Program-made: the position numbers and the translations under genes
IMG/VR virus record: IMGVR_UViG_3300046683_000929
Span: 1-64,000 of that record
DNA: 64,000 nucleotides
Origin: a virus
Reading direction: 5' to 3' (one strand)
In this document: one piece after another, positions 1 through 8,603 of the stretch
Layout: every line of letters starts with the position of its first letter
Position numbering within the stretch: the first letter of the stretch is position 1
Notes under the pieces: model-generated
Database searches by the model: none
What the model was told of the DNA's origin: nothing
The model's input: only the letters and a program-made list of their open reading frames with translations

Positions 1-129
1 CGAATGTAATTTATTATTCCTTTTATTTGATTGATAAGTTCACATTCACTACTATTGTACATGCAAACGCCAGTTTGTTATTCGGTGTCTCTTTTTTAGG
101 TCAATGACCTGGTTTTTAGCCCTCTGCGA

Positions 130-352
130 AACCCATCGAGCCGAGCCATCTAAAAGGCTCACTCTTTAACCAATCGAGCAAAGAGTATAAATGTTAGTGA
201 TTGTAGGGAAACCACCCTTTGATACCCGAATCAAATAGAAAGGCGCAAATACAGTGTAACGACTGTAATAAAATGGGAGTAGTTAACCCGCATCGATGAG
301 TTTGTACATCGATGTAAGCGAGAAAGCCGTGTTAGTGAGTTATCACGCGGTG
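130..352 (+). ncRNA. Putative structured non-coding RNA upstream of the hammerhead
   Basis: ORF-free stretch with consecutive hairpins (143-160, 161-186, 205-218, 218-235, 250-267, 291-314, 327-350); CCCAT(132-136) can pair with ATGGG(273-277). Confidence 0.45.
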
Positions 353-361
353 AGAAGTAAA

Positions 362-427
362 AACGTATACAGATTATATCTGTACTGATGAGAGATTAAA
401 ACAGTGTGTTTTGCATCTCGAAACGTT
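362..427 (+). ncRNA. Type III hammerhead ribozyme
   Basis: AACGUA(362-367) / stem I UACAGAU-uau-AUCUGUA / CUGAUGA(385-391) / stem II GAGAU..AUCUC / GAAA(420-423) / CGUU closing stem III. Full catalytic core present; predicted cleavage after A367. Confidence 0.92.
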
Positions 428-431
428 AACT

Positions 432-447
432 TATATTCACATTCACA
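432..447 (+). promoter_or_regulatory. TATATTCACATTCACA motif (copy of a repeated upstream motif)
   Basis: Identical 16-mer at 432, 3862 and 10486, each 4-15 nt before an ATG; core TTCACATTCAC also at 39, 11945, 15649 and 23818. Confidence 0.6.
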
Positions 448-462
448 TCAAACTAAATAACC

Positions 463-699
463 ATGTTAGCCACCCGATTATTATCAAACAAAGTTATTTA
501 TAACCATGGGCAACAGTCCAATTTTCAACTAAACACCAAACGCCCCGTATTAGACACTATAGGGCGTTTAATCGGGTTTAGGGTGAAAGGTATCAGCAAA
601 CACAGCAGCGCCGTTTACAGCGTATCTACTATATGTGATTTGCTTGATATGGGCAGCGTTACGTTGCCAAATGGTTTAAGCCTCGAAATAGTTAACTAA
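463..699 (+). CDS. Hypothetical early protein
   Basis: ORF with A-rich start context, directly after the ribozyme and the upstream motif. Confidence 0.6.
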   Translation: MLATRLLSNKVIYNHGQQSNFQLNTKRPVLDTIGRLIGFRVKGISKHSSAVYSVSTICDLLDMGSVTLPNGLSLEIVN

Positions 700-718
700 T
701 CCTAAAATATTTTAGACA

Positions 719-928
719 ATGATAACAGATACCCCGCCATGCTCGCTAAGTCAGGGACTTATTGAAGCATACGAAACCCACGGTTATACCGACCGCGTTT
801 TGACCTCGAAAGAGTTTGCAGCCATGTTAATAGATCATGACTACCTATCCACCGAAACCACCGACGAGGCATTAAACGAATGCCCCAATAAATCACTATT
901 TGAACTATTAGCCTTTTTAGGATATTAA
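719..928 (+). CDS. Hypothetical protein
   Basis: Compact ORF in the co-directional gene array. Confidence 0.7.
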   Translation: MITDTPPCSLSQGLIEAYETHGYTDRVLTSKEFAAMLIDHDYLSTETTDEALNECPNKSLFELLAFLGY

Positions 929-963
929 AATTTTATTCACAATCACCATAACCAACCAACAAC

Positions 964-1230
964 ATGAAAAAGTTACTATTATTAGCCTCCTTACTTATTA
1001 TTTTAGCCTCTAAAAGCCACGCACAACAGCGCGTAACAGTCGACAAAGCCGGGAATTATACAGCAGTCAAACGCGACACCGCCCAGACCGCAGCCAAGCC
1101 CACAGGACACACGATCACCGCCACCGATGGTATAGTATACCCAGTATACGAAAGCGCACGCGGTAAGCTGTATTATAACCGAATCAGCAAAGCCGGGCAC
1201 GCTTACAAATGCTACATTAAAACAAACTGA
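964..1230 (+). CDS. Small secreted protein (Sec signal peptide)
   Basis: MKKLLLLASLLIILASKSHA-QQ: signal peptide with Gln at +1. Confidence 0.75.
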   Translation: MKKLLLLASLLIILASKSHAQQRVTVDKAGNYTAVKRDTAQTAAKPTGHTITATDGIVYPVYESARGKLYYNRISKAGHAYKCYIKTN

Positions 1231-1295
1231 TTAAGGCGTTAAAACCGTGCGTTGTATCCCTGCTTATTAGGGGTACAGGTTCAGTAAATCAAAAA
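1226..1295 (+). repeat. Conserved intergenic structured element, copy 1
   Basis: ACTGATTA..AAACCGTGCG-[hairpin]-GTTCAGTAAATCAAAAA; related copies at about 1994, 3019, 3501 and 6195. Confidence 0.7.
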
Positions 1296-1304
1296 CTTAA
1301 AATC

Positions 1305-1790
1305 ATGAACACTAAAGAAATTAACCCAAAATTTGAATTGTCAAAAGACGGCGAAATAAAATTCACAGGCAGCGAAAACGATTGTTATATTAAACTACAA
1401 CGGCTACAATCTCAATCATCTGACTGGGCGATGAAAAATGAGGGCTGGGCGATCAATCCCGTAACAGAGCCAAAAATATACACCCGCAAGCAATTACTAA
1501 ACAAAGAATGCACACACCGCCAATATTACGCCCAATTCGTTAACGAGGGCTTAAAAAACCTTGTTAATAGGTGGTTTTCTACAGAAGAATTGACAAAAGC
1601 CATAAAGGAAGACGAGCATTTAAATAGTATTCCCTTACATAGATGGGATGCATGTAGCGACAGTGTTAAAAATAGCGGTTTTGGATTATCCGCTCAACTT
1701 AAAGAGCGCGGCGACGGGCTATCGTTGGCCGGGCTTGTATGTATCTGCAAAGAGGCGGCCAGACAAATTATTGAATCTTCAAAGCCTTAA
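1305..1790 (+). CDS. Hypothetical protein
   Basis: 161-aa ORF with AAAATC-ATG start. Confidence 0.8.
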   Translation: MNTKEINPKFELSKDGEIKFTGSENDCYIKLQRLQSQSSDWAMKNEGWAINPVTEPKIYTRKQLLNKECTHRQYYAQFVNEGLKNLVNRWFSTEELTKAIKEDEHLNSIPLHRWDACSDSVKNSGFGLSAQLKERGDGLSLAGLVCICKEAARQIIESSKP

Positions 1791-1794
1791 TATC

Positions 1795-1992
1795 ATGAGA
1801 AAATCAGACGAGTTACTAATAGTAAGGGATATAAATTTATCTTTTAACGACCGCTTAAAAGCGGCAGGGATTGAAACCATACGAGAACAAGGCAAAAAAA
1901 TAAAGCTAAAGTTTAATGATATTATTATACCGCGCCCAATTGTTAACGACATTGAGCGGATATGTTATGAATCATTTGAAGTACATATTTAA
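1795..1992 (+). CDS. Hypothetical protein
   Basis: Likely start is MRKSDELL at 1795, just after the upstream stop. Confidence 0.6.
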   Translation: MRKSDELLIVRDINLSFNDRLKAAGIETIREQGKKIKLKFNDIIIPRPIVNDIERICYESFEVHI

Positions 1993-1993
1993 C

Positions 1994-2069
1994 AACCGTG
2001 GCAGCGGTATACAAACTGTTAGGCTGCCAGCGTCCCGGCTTATTTAGTCGGGGGTCAGTAAATCAAAAA
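1994..2069 (+). repeat. Conserved intergenic structured element, copy 2
   Basis: AACCGTG..GCG-[CCCGGCT-tattt-AGTCGGG]-GGTCAGTAAATCAAAAA. Confidence 0.65.
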
Positions 2070-2074
2070 TCATC

Positions 2075-2431
2075 ATGGAAACTTTAACTCAAAAACTTAA
2101 CGCCCTAAGCTTTGAAGCACTGGGTATTATTAAAAACCACCTGTCAAAAAATAACGGCATAGTCATATATGCAAGCACCGAAACAGCGTATAATAAGGCA
2201 GACGAATGCCTAACCGATGACTTTTTAACCAACTCATTTAACACGCTATTAGATACCCAATATAGCGAAAACGAAGATCTGTACTTTCTAAAATTACAGC
2301 TACTTGAAGACGGGCACACGGTTAACATAACAATGATAGACGAACAAGGAGAAGACCACCTTTTTGAGTTAGGGCAATCATTTACAGACGCGCAAATTAT
2401 TGAATTTGCGGATTTTGTTAACACTTTATAA
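2075..2431 (+). CDS. Hypothetical acidic protein
   Basis: 118-aa ORF with good start context. Confidence 0.8.
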   Translation: METLTQKLNALSFEALGIIKNHLSKNNGIVIYASTETAYNKADECLTDDFLTNSFNTLLDTQYSENEDLYFLKLQLLEDGHTVNITMIDEQGEDHLFELGQSFTDAQIIEFADFVNTL

Positions 2432-2849
2432 GTGGTCGTCTTTTACCGCGTATCATTCAATAATTGCGAATCCTTTATTGTACCCGCCACCGATACACAA
2501 CAGGCAAAAAATATAGCTATTGCCTATGCCCTATCCTTTTTAGAAGCAAGGAAACAGCCATCTACCTACAGTAAACAAAGAATTAATTTAACTAATTGTA
2601 AAGAACATGGAAAACCCAACGAATAAAATAGTAATTGTAATACGGGGCGGAATGCCGTCTGTTTACATATCGTCTGATCTTTCAGTTTCATTAAGCATAA
2701 ACATACTTGATTATGATTTGCAAAATGAAGAATACCCCTTTAGTCTTGAAGAAGCAGAAGCGGAAAGCTTTATTAATTCTGACATGCTTTTACCTGTTAG
2801 CTTTTGAAGAAATTAACTAATCTATTCACCATACCAACAACTAAACACC

Positions 2850-3023
2850 ATGATCATTTTAACCAAGTACACCGTAAACGGCACCCAGTTTCAAACCGCT
2901 AATTTCTTACATGCAGCAGCCAGAGCCAAAACAACAGCCACCCGCAAAGCGCCCGGGATCATAATGGCCAATAACCAGGTTGTTGCCAAGGTGCGGAAAA
3001 ATGGGCTGATAGTTGCCGGCTGA
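2850..3023 (+). CDS. Small basic hypothetical protein (57 aa, below the ORF-track cutoff)
   Basis: MIILTKYTVNGTQFQTANFLHAAARAK...LIVAG, fills an intergenic gap. Confidence 0.6.
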   Translation: MIILTKYTVNGTQFQTANFLHAAARAKTTATRKAPGIIMANNQVVAKVRKNGLIVAG

Positions 3024-3102
3024 TTATCAAAACCTTACATAGGTCGGTGTTTTGGAAACGTCGACCTCTTTAGTTAACTTCATAAACCAAATCCAATTAT
3101 AA

Positions 3103-3507
3103 ATGAAAACCACCCAAAACATTGCCATACTTGTGGCTATCGCAATTCTTTTAGCCGTCTCCAGTGGGCAAGCTCAAACATTCAAAGGAAAATATATTGC
3201 CACAGAGACCCGAAAATTAAGCTCTGGAGACATGCAGCACGTGCCATTAAGATCACCATTGACGGGGATAATCAATTTGGAGCAATCAGCCCTTACAGTT
3301 GATGGAACAAAATATATTATTCTGAAACATGGGGGCCGCGAAATGGAAGACGAACTTTGGTCTACCATTTCAATTTTCATTGTGGAGGCATCGAATAAAA
3401 AAGTTATCGAAGCCATACTCCTTTATAAACCCGATAAAAAAACTCTTTCAGAGGTTATATTCAAAGGCGAAGCCGGGAGGCAGTATTCCTATATTATTTG
3501 TGATTAG
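3103..3507 (+). CDS. Secreted hypothetical protein
   Basis: N-terminal hydrophobic signal ending GQA-Q. Confidence 0.75.
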   Translation: MKTTQNIAILVAIAILLAVSSGQAQTFKGKYIATETRKLSSGDMQHVPLRSPLTGIINLEQSALTVDGTKYIILKHGGREMEDELWSTISIFIVEASNKKVIEAILLYKPDKKTLSEVIFKGEAGRQYSYIICD

Positions 3508-3586
3508 TCCTTTGGGGGACTTTAAACCACGTTAGGCCCAAAGCGGTTTCCCGGCTTATTGCTTGGAAACGTCAGTAAATCAAAAA
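3501..3586 (+). repeat. Conserved intergenic structured element, copy 4
   Basis: TGATTAGTCC..GGAC..AAACC..GCG-[GTTTCC..GCTTATT..GGAAAC]-GTCAGTAAATCAAAAA. Confidence 0.65.
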
Positions 3587-3594
3587 ATATCACA

Positions 3595-3855
3595 ATGAAA
3601 AATCCTTTAATAATTTACGTGCAGCATTGTAGCCAAGTCACTGAAGCGACCCTGACTAAGCTAAGCTTTGACCCAGGCGAATGCATGGACATTGTAAACG
3701 CTATGTCCCGAGAAGAGACTATTGAGTTTTTAGTCTGGAATGATCCTAATGGTGTATTTTCAGATACAGCAGCAATGGGTGAAGGGTTAGACCCTCTTAA
3801 ATCCTGTGAAGCTAAAGTATATGCTATGAAGATTCTTTGGGAAGCTTCGCTATAA
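3595..3855 (+). CDS. Hypothetical protein (WNDPNG motif)
   Basis: Likely start is MKNPL at 3595. Confidence 0.7.
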   Translation: MKNPLIIYVQHCSQVTEATLTKLSFDPGECMDIVNAMSREETIEFLVWNDPNGVFSDTAAMGEGLDPLKSCEAKVYAMKILWEASL

Positions 3856-3889
3856 TAAACCTATATTCACATTCACAACCCATCAAACC

Positions 3890-4858
3890 ATGCTTACTGT
3901 AAACAGCCTGTCAGGGGGCAAAACATCGTCCTATTTAGAAGCTCATTACCCTGCCGATGTGTCGCTATTTGCGCTTGTATGCCTCGATAATCATAACGCA
4001 AACGCCGGGAGCAAGACTTTTAAAATTGATAAGCATGTACGGCAGTTGGTAAATGATAAGCTGCAGAAATATTGCAGCCATATGCCCGAATTTATGGCCA
4101 CGGCGGAAGATCCTCTGATTATTAAAACAATGTTCGACTTAGAGCAACACACAAGCCGGGAAATTGTCTGGCTAAGAGGGGAAAGTTTTGAGTCTTTGGT
4201 AGAAGATAAAGGAACGCTACCCAATAAACATCATCGTTGGTGTACTACAAGATTCAAGATCACGCCAATATTTGAACATTTATTCATGTACCATACATTG
4301 CCCTGCAAAATGCGGATAGGATACCGAGCAGATGAAGCCGAGCGTGTTAATAGCTTTAAGGACACATTCAAATACCAGACGCACGCAGAATTGTATTATA
4401 CCAAGTGCGGGGAAACGGCACCCGCTAACTTCAAAACTAAAAATCTTGCTTGGATTCAAAAAGATGGAAAGCCCAGTAAAGATTATTTTCGCGGAATAAG
4501 TCACCCACACCAACACAGATGGGCAGAAATATCCTTTCGTATTGGTGAATTCCCTTTAATAGAAGATGGAATTGACCAAAGCGATGTACAGAGGTACTGG
4601 AAAGATAAAAACGTTCAGTTCCCAGTCGACAGCAATTGCCAATTTTGTTTTTGGAAACATCCACAGCAGCTAAGGCAAAACTTTGACACCCATCCGGGTA
4701 TAATGAATTCAGCTGTCTATATTGAATATATGAAGGATGATAAATCTACATTTCACCATCAATTTTCAATGCAGGATATCAGGGACAAAGTTTGGTTACA
4801 AGGAGATTTATTTCAAATGCGCGGCGGCAGTTGCCAAGGCGGCTATTGTACAGATTAA
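3890..4858 (+). CDS. PAPS-reductase/adenine nucleotide alpha-hydrolase family protein
   Basis: N-terminal PP-loop SLSGGKTS, R-W-C-T...K motif, IGYRADE, FPL, C-terminal CQFCFWK and SCQGGYC. Confidence 0.8.
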   Translation: MLTVNSLSGGKTSSYLEAHYPADVSLFALVCLDNHNANAGSKTFKIDKHVRQLVNDKLQKYCSHMPEFMATAEDPLIIKTMFDLEQHTSREIVWLRGESFESLVEDKGTLPNKHHRWCTTRFKITPIFEHLFMYHTLPCKMRIGYRADEAERVNSFKDTFKYQTHAELYYTKCGETAPANFKTKNLAWIQKDGKPSKDYFRGISHPHQHRWAEISFRIGEFPLIEDGIDQSDVQRYWKDKNVQFPVDSNCQFCFWKHPQQLRQNFDTHPGIMNSAVYIEYMKDDKSTFHHQFSMQDIRDKVWLQGDLFQMRGGSCQGGYCTD

Positions 4859-4868
4859 TATTTTAAAC

Positions 4869-5123
4869 ATGAAAACAGCAGAAATAACAAAATTAAAAAC
4901 AAGGACTATTGGCTATCTTGATTTATGGAAAGCCAAAGGCGGTAAAACAGGTGGATTATTTTGCCCTCACTGTAACAAACCCAATGAAACAACAATACCA
5001 ACTAAAAAAGATGTTTCATCAAAAGGCTATTGGGATAGCCTAACCACATGCTACGAATGTGGTGGATTATTTATGTCTTACCGATACGTAGGCGGTGAAA
5101 TTAAAGTATTCAAGCCTGAATAA
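4869..5123 (+). CDS. Zn-ribbon protein
   Basis: CPHC...CYEC; likely start is MKTAEI. Confidence 0.65.
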   Translation: MKTAEITKLKTRTIGYLDLWKAKGGKTGGLFCPHCNKPNETTIPTKKDVSSKGYWDSLTTCYECGGLFMSYRYVGGEIKVFKPE

Positions 5124-5220
5124 TGGAAATAATAAGATCAATAATAGCAGCGGGATCACAAGGTGTTTGCCTGCTAATTATCTTAATTATTCTTTTTAAA
5201 AACCGTAAGGACATATTCAG

Positions 5221-5988
5221 ATGAGTAAATCAAAAAAAAGCGACATCCCGCCAGAGTTCCTCAATTCCTTCACAATGGAACATGAATACAGCCCGGTACA
5301 ACTTCGCCCAGACGAAGAGCCTGTAAAGCTTATTAGGTGCTCAAATGGATACTGGGTAATGTTAGAGTATGGCGAGTATTTAAAAGATGAGAAACGCCGG
5401 CTTATTGTCATCCCAGAAAAGGAGGCTAAATTAGGCCGGGCGCGTTACCTGCTAAACTTCAGTGAACAGATAGCAAATCAAAAAGGCGAAATGTATGAAA
5501 AAGCTATTCAAGAAGAGGTTACCCGACTAAAAAAACTAGTTGACATCCGCGCTGAAAAAGATCTTTCAAAAATGAGGGAGATATTTGTATTGGCAGGAAA
5601 GATTAAACCGGAGGGATTAGAAGCTCTTTTAATTAGCGCCGTTGAAAACGCAACTGGTAACGATCCGTTTCAAATCAACAACCAAAACAGAGTACAGCAC
5701 GAGACAAAGAAAAAACTGGCTTTAGAACTTGCTACCGACGACCTTATGCAAGCTTATGAATGCATGCAATCGCTTCATAAGGCAGGCGAATACGCTACGC
5801 TATATAACCATTTCTTTCAAGATGGACTGCCTCAATTAGCATCCTTTGACCACCACAACCCAAAGCACCAAGCGGCACTGATCAAAAACTTCTCCAAGGA
5901 TAAAATAATGGCTACCATAGATAACATTCAATCGAAAGATCATCTATACATGGTAGCTAAGTTTAAGGTCGACAAACAGCAAGCATGA
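5221..5988 (+). CDS. Hypothetical protein
   Basis: 255-aa ORF with ATGA overlap to the next gene. Confidence 0.8.
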   Translation: MSKSKKSDIPPEFLNSFTMEHEYSPVQLRPDEEPVKLIRCSNGYWVMLEYGEYLKDEKRRLIVIPEKEAKLGRARYLLNFSEQIANQKGEMYEKAIQEEVTRLKKLVDIRAEKDLSKMREIFVLAGKIKPEGLEALLISAVENATGNDPFQINNQNRVQHETKKKLALELATDDLMQAYECMQSLHKAGEYATLYNHFFQDGLPQLASFDHHNPKHQAALIKNFSKDKIMATIDNIQSKDHLYMVAKFKVDKQQA

Positions 5989-6194
5989 TAGCCATTACAA
6001 AAAAACAAGCAGAGCAATTTAACCGTATGCGGGCAGCCCTCATTCAAATTGCAAAAGAATACCAAACACCAGTACAGCTTAAACGTAATTCAGGAAAACA
6101 ATATGGGCTGGACTATGAAGAGGTTCTGGAAATGTCATATGAAAATATTCAGGATGAAGCAAAACTTGCAAGCAAAGGAGTAAAAGCACTTAAA

Positions 6195-6249
6195 ACTGAT
6201 TAGGGCGTGGAAACCGTGCGGCTCTCTTTATAGAGAGCGTTCAGTAAAA
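6195..6249 (+). repeat. Conserved intergenic structured element, copy 5
   Basis: ACTGATTAGGGCGTGGAAACCGTGCG-[GCTCTC-tttata-GAGAGC]-GTTCAGTAAA, closely matching copy 1 outside the hairpin. Confidence 0.7.
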
Positions 6250-6260
6250 TAACAATCATC

Positions 6261-6545
6261 ATGTCAACCCAAATCGAAACTATTGCAAAAGAATTCGGCA
6301 AAAACCTTGTAGAATGCCTCGACGATCACGAAATGCAATCCATCATCCAACTAAACACCACCACCGACTATTCGGATTGCTGCGCTACTCATAACTACTG
6401 CGATGCTAATATGCCAATGGACGAAGCATTTACTAAAGTGGTAGGACGTGAAATAGATCTTCAATCACAAGAGGATATCTTGATTTGGAATATGGCTTGG
6501 AAACATGCCCGAGATAACGATTTTTTCTATTTTGAACAACTATAA
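6261..6545 (+). CDS. Hypothetical protein (CATHNYCDAN motif)
   Basis: 94-aa ORF following element copy 5. Confidence 0.75.
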   Translation: MSTQIETIAKEFGKNLVECLDDHEMQSIIQLNTTTDYSDCCATHNYCDANMPMDEAFTKVVGREIDLQSQEDILIWNMAWKHARDNDFFYFEQL

Positions 6546-6755
6546 AAATTATGGCAAGAATATCACAGAAAGAACGCGAAGTTCTTTTATCCCTATTAGG
6601 TCAGTTTGAACTACCCAGAAGAGGCCCACACAAAAGATTGATGCTATCCTATGTACAAGCTTTTGAAACGCTTAAAACTAAGCAAATCATATCCATTGAC
6701 TACGATGGAAACATATCGTTCGATAAGGCGCAAATTGAAAAAATAATCACAAAAC

Positions 6756-7481
6756 ATGAACCAACCATTTCTACCGAATCCATCGAAGCCTGAAGAAATT
6801 TGGGCCCTTATAGGCTGTGAGGAAAGCCAGGCAATCACACTGGAACTTTTAGCAATGGGTGTTAATGTCTATTCATGTGATTACAAACCCTGTTCCGGTG
6901 GGCGTCCAGACAGACACATCCAGGGCGATGTGCTGGAAGCCATTGCAAGCCGCCAGTGGCACTATGCTGTATTCCACCCTACTTGTACCCGGCTAACAAA
7001 TGCGGGCGTTCTGAGGCTTTATTATGAGGGTAAAAAGATAAATGGCATAGATCCTGTAAAATGGGCAGAAATGGTTGCCGCGGCAGAGTTCTTTAACAAA
7101 TGCCTCAATGCCAATATCCCGCACATTAGAGTAGAAAATCCAATACCCCACGGCTACGCCATGAAAATCATTGGACAGAAGTACGCACAGATTATCCAAC
7201 CCTATAACTTCAACGAAGATGCAAGCAAAGCAACATGCCTTTGGACTAAGAACCTGCCTATCATTCAACCTACCAGCTATTTCCCACCAAGATATATTGA
7301 TGGGAAACCTCGATGGGATAATCAAACAGATGGAGGGCAAAATAAATTGCCGCCAGATAAAAAAGGGCAGGAAGGGCGCCGCGCAGAACTGCGATCAAAG
7401 ACATACCCAGGAATAGCGCAAGCTATAGCGAAACAAGATATTTATCACATACTTAATCCACAACAAATAAAACTTTTCTAA
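6756..7481 (+). CDS. Phage DNA cytosine methyltransferase-like protein
   Basis: IGCEESQ, SCD, GDV, HPTC, ENP, K-T-LW and RSKTYPGIA motifs resemble the divergent phage C5-MTase family. Confidence 0.65.
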   Translation: MNQPFLPNPSKPEEIWALIGCEESQAITLELLAMGVNVYSCDYKPCSGGRPDRHIQGDVLEAIASRQWHYAVFHPTCTRLTNAGVLRLYYEGKKINGIDPVKWAEMVAAAEFFNKCLNANIPHIRVENPIPHGYAMKIIGQKYAQIIQPYNFNEDASKATCLWTKNLPIIQPTSYFPPRYIDGKPRWDNQTDGGQNKLPPDKKGQEGRRAELRSKTYPGIAQAIAKQDIYHILNPQQIKLF

Positions 7482-7634
7482 TAGAAACTAAAGTCGGAGA
7501 CCGGTCACTATAATTATGTTTTATATCCACAGCACCAGCATAAACCTGACTGTACTGATACAAAACATAATTTTTATCTGAATAACATTATCCTGTAAGC
7601 TAAGGCAATTATCAACTCTTAACTAAAATATTTT

Positions 7635-8597
7635 ATGAATTATCAATGGGTAGATGGCTTTGAATTAACTGTACTTTCATTTGGAGCTGGGCAGGACAGC
7701 ACCTATATCCTTTACAAAATAATTCGCGATCCGTCATATAGAGCGCAATTTGTGAAGGGCAGGCTTATCGTTTTAATGAGCGATACTGGAAACGAACACC
7801 GACACACCTATGAGCACATTGTCTTCATCCGCCAGCTATGCATTGATAATAACATAGAATTTTACTTCATCACCGCCGATATGGGCTACCATCCTAACAC
7901 ATGGCCAAGCCTGGAATACCAGATGATCAAAAATAATTCGATCATGTCTATGATGATGCCGCGCTCATGTACGGATAACCTAAAGATAAAGCCATTCTAT
8001 AATTTCCTGAATGTTTGGCTTGCTATTAACTTATTCGGAGAGGAAGCACCAAGCAGCACCAGAAACCGCAAGTACATATCTAAGTATCATTCAATGTATG
8101 GAAAGATCAATGTTATAATAGGCATTGCTGCGGGCGAAGAAGGGCGTGTTAAGGTTACTAAAAAGCAAAAGAAAGCTGCCCAAATGGATTTATTTATAAA
8201 ACCCAAAAAGGCGGGAAACGTCTGGATGTCAAAATCAATCAATCGGTTTTATCCGATGATTGAAGAGGGAGTGGATAGGCAAGGTGCACAAGACTATATC
8301 AATATAACACCATGGCCAATGCCATTTCCTTCAAACTGCCGCTTCTGTCCTTTCTTATCCAAGCAGGAAATATTATGGATGTATCGCTTTGAACCGGATG
8401 ACTTTGCCCTTTGGGTTATGTACGAGCAAAATAAGCTTAACAGGAATCCTGGTCACCCACGCAACCTCGGAGTCAAAGGTGAAAAACTCCTGCAAGAAAT
8501 ACTGGCGGAAGCAATAGCCGAATTTGGCCACTGGTCAGATGATGAGCTTAATGAATACAAAATGTCACATGGTCACTGTGTTAAATCTCAATATTAA
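7635..8597 (+). CDS. Second PAPS-reductase/adenine nucleotide alpha-hydrolase family protein
   Basis: SFGAGQDS PP-loop, DTGNE, RSCT..K, IGIAAGE, C-terminal SNCRFCPF. Confidence 0.8.
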   Translation: MNYQWVDGFELTVLSFGAGQDSTYILYKIIRDPSYRAQFVKGRLIVLMSDTGNEHRHTYEHIVFIRQLCIDNNIEFYFITADMGYHPNTWPSLEYQMIKNNSIMSMMMPRSCTDNLKIKPFYNFLNVWLAINLFGEEAPSSTRNRKYISKYHSMYGKINVIIGIAAGEEGRVKVTKKQKKAAQMDLFIKPKKAGNVWMSKSINRFYPMIEEGVDRQGAQDYINITPWPMPFPSNCRFCPFLSKQEILWMYRFEPDDFALWVMYEQNKLNRNPGHPRNLGVKGEKLLQEILAEAIAEFGHWSDDELNEYKMSHGHCVKSQY

Positions 8598-8603
8598 AAC
8601 TGT

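Noticed and set aside
1226-6249. Repeated elements as canonical hammerheads or a CRISPR array
   Set aside because: The core reads CUGAUUA rather than CUGANGA and most copies lack GAAA. The repeats are degenerate, separated by whole genes, and no cas genes are present.
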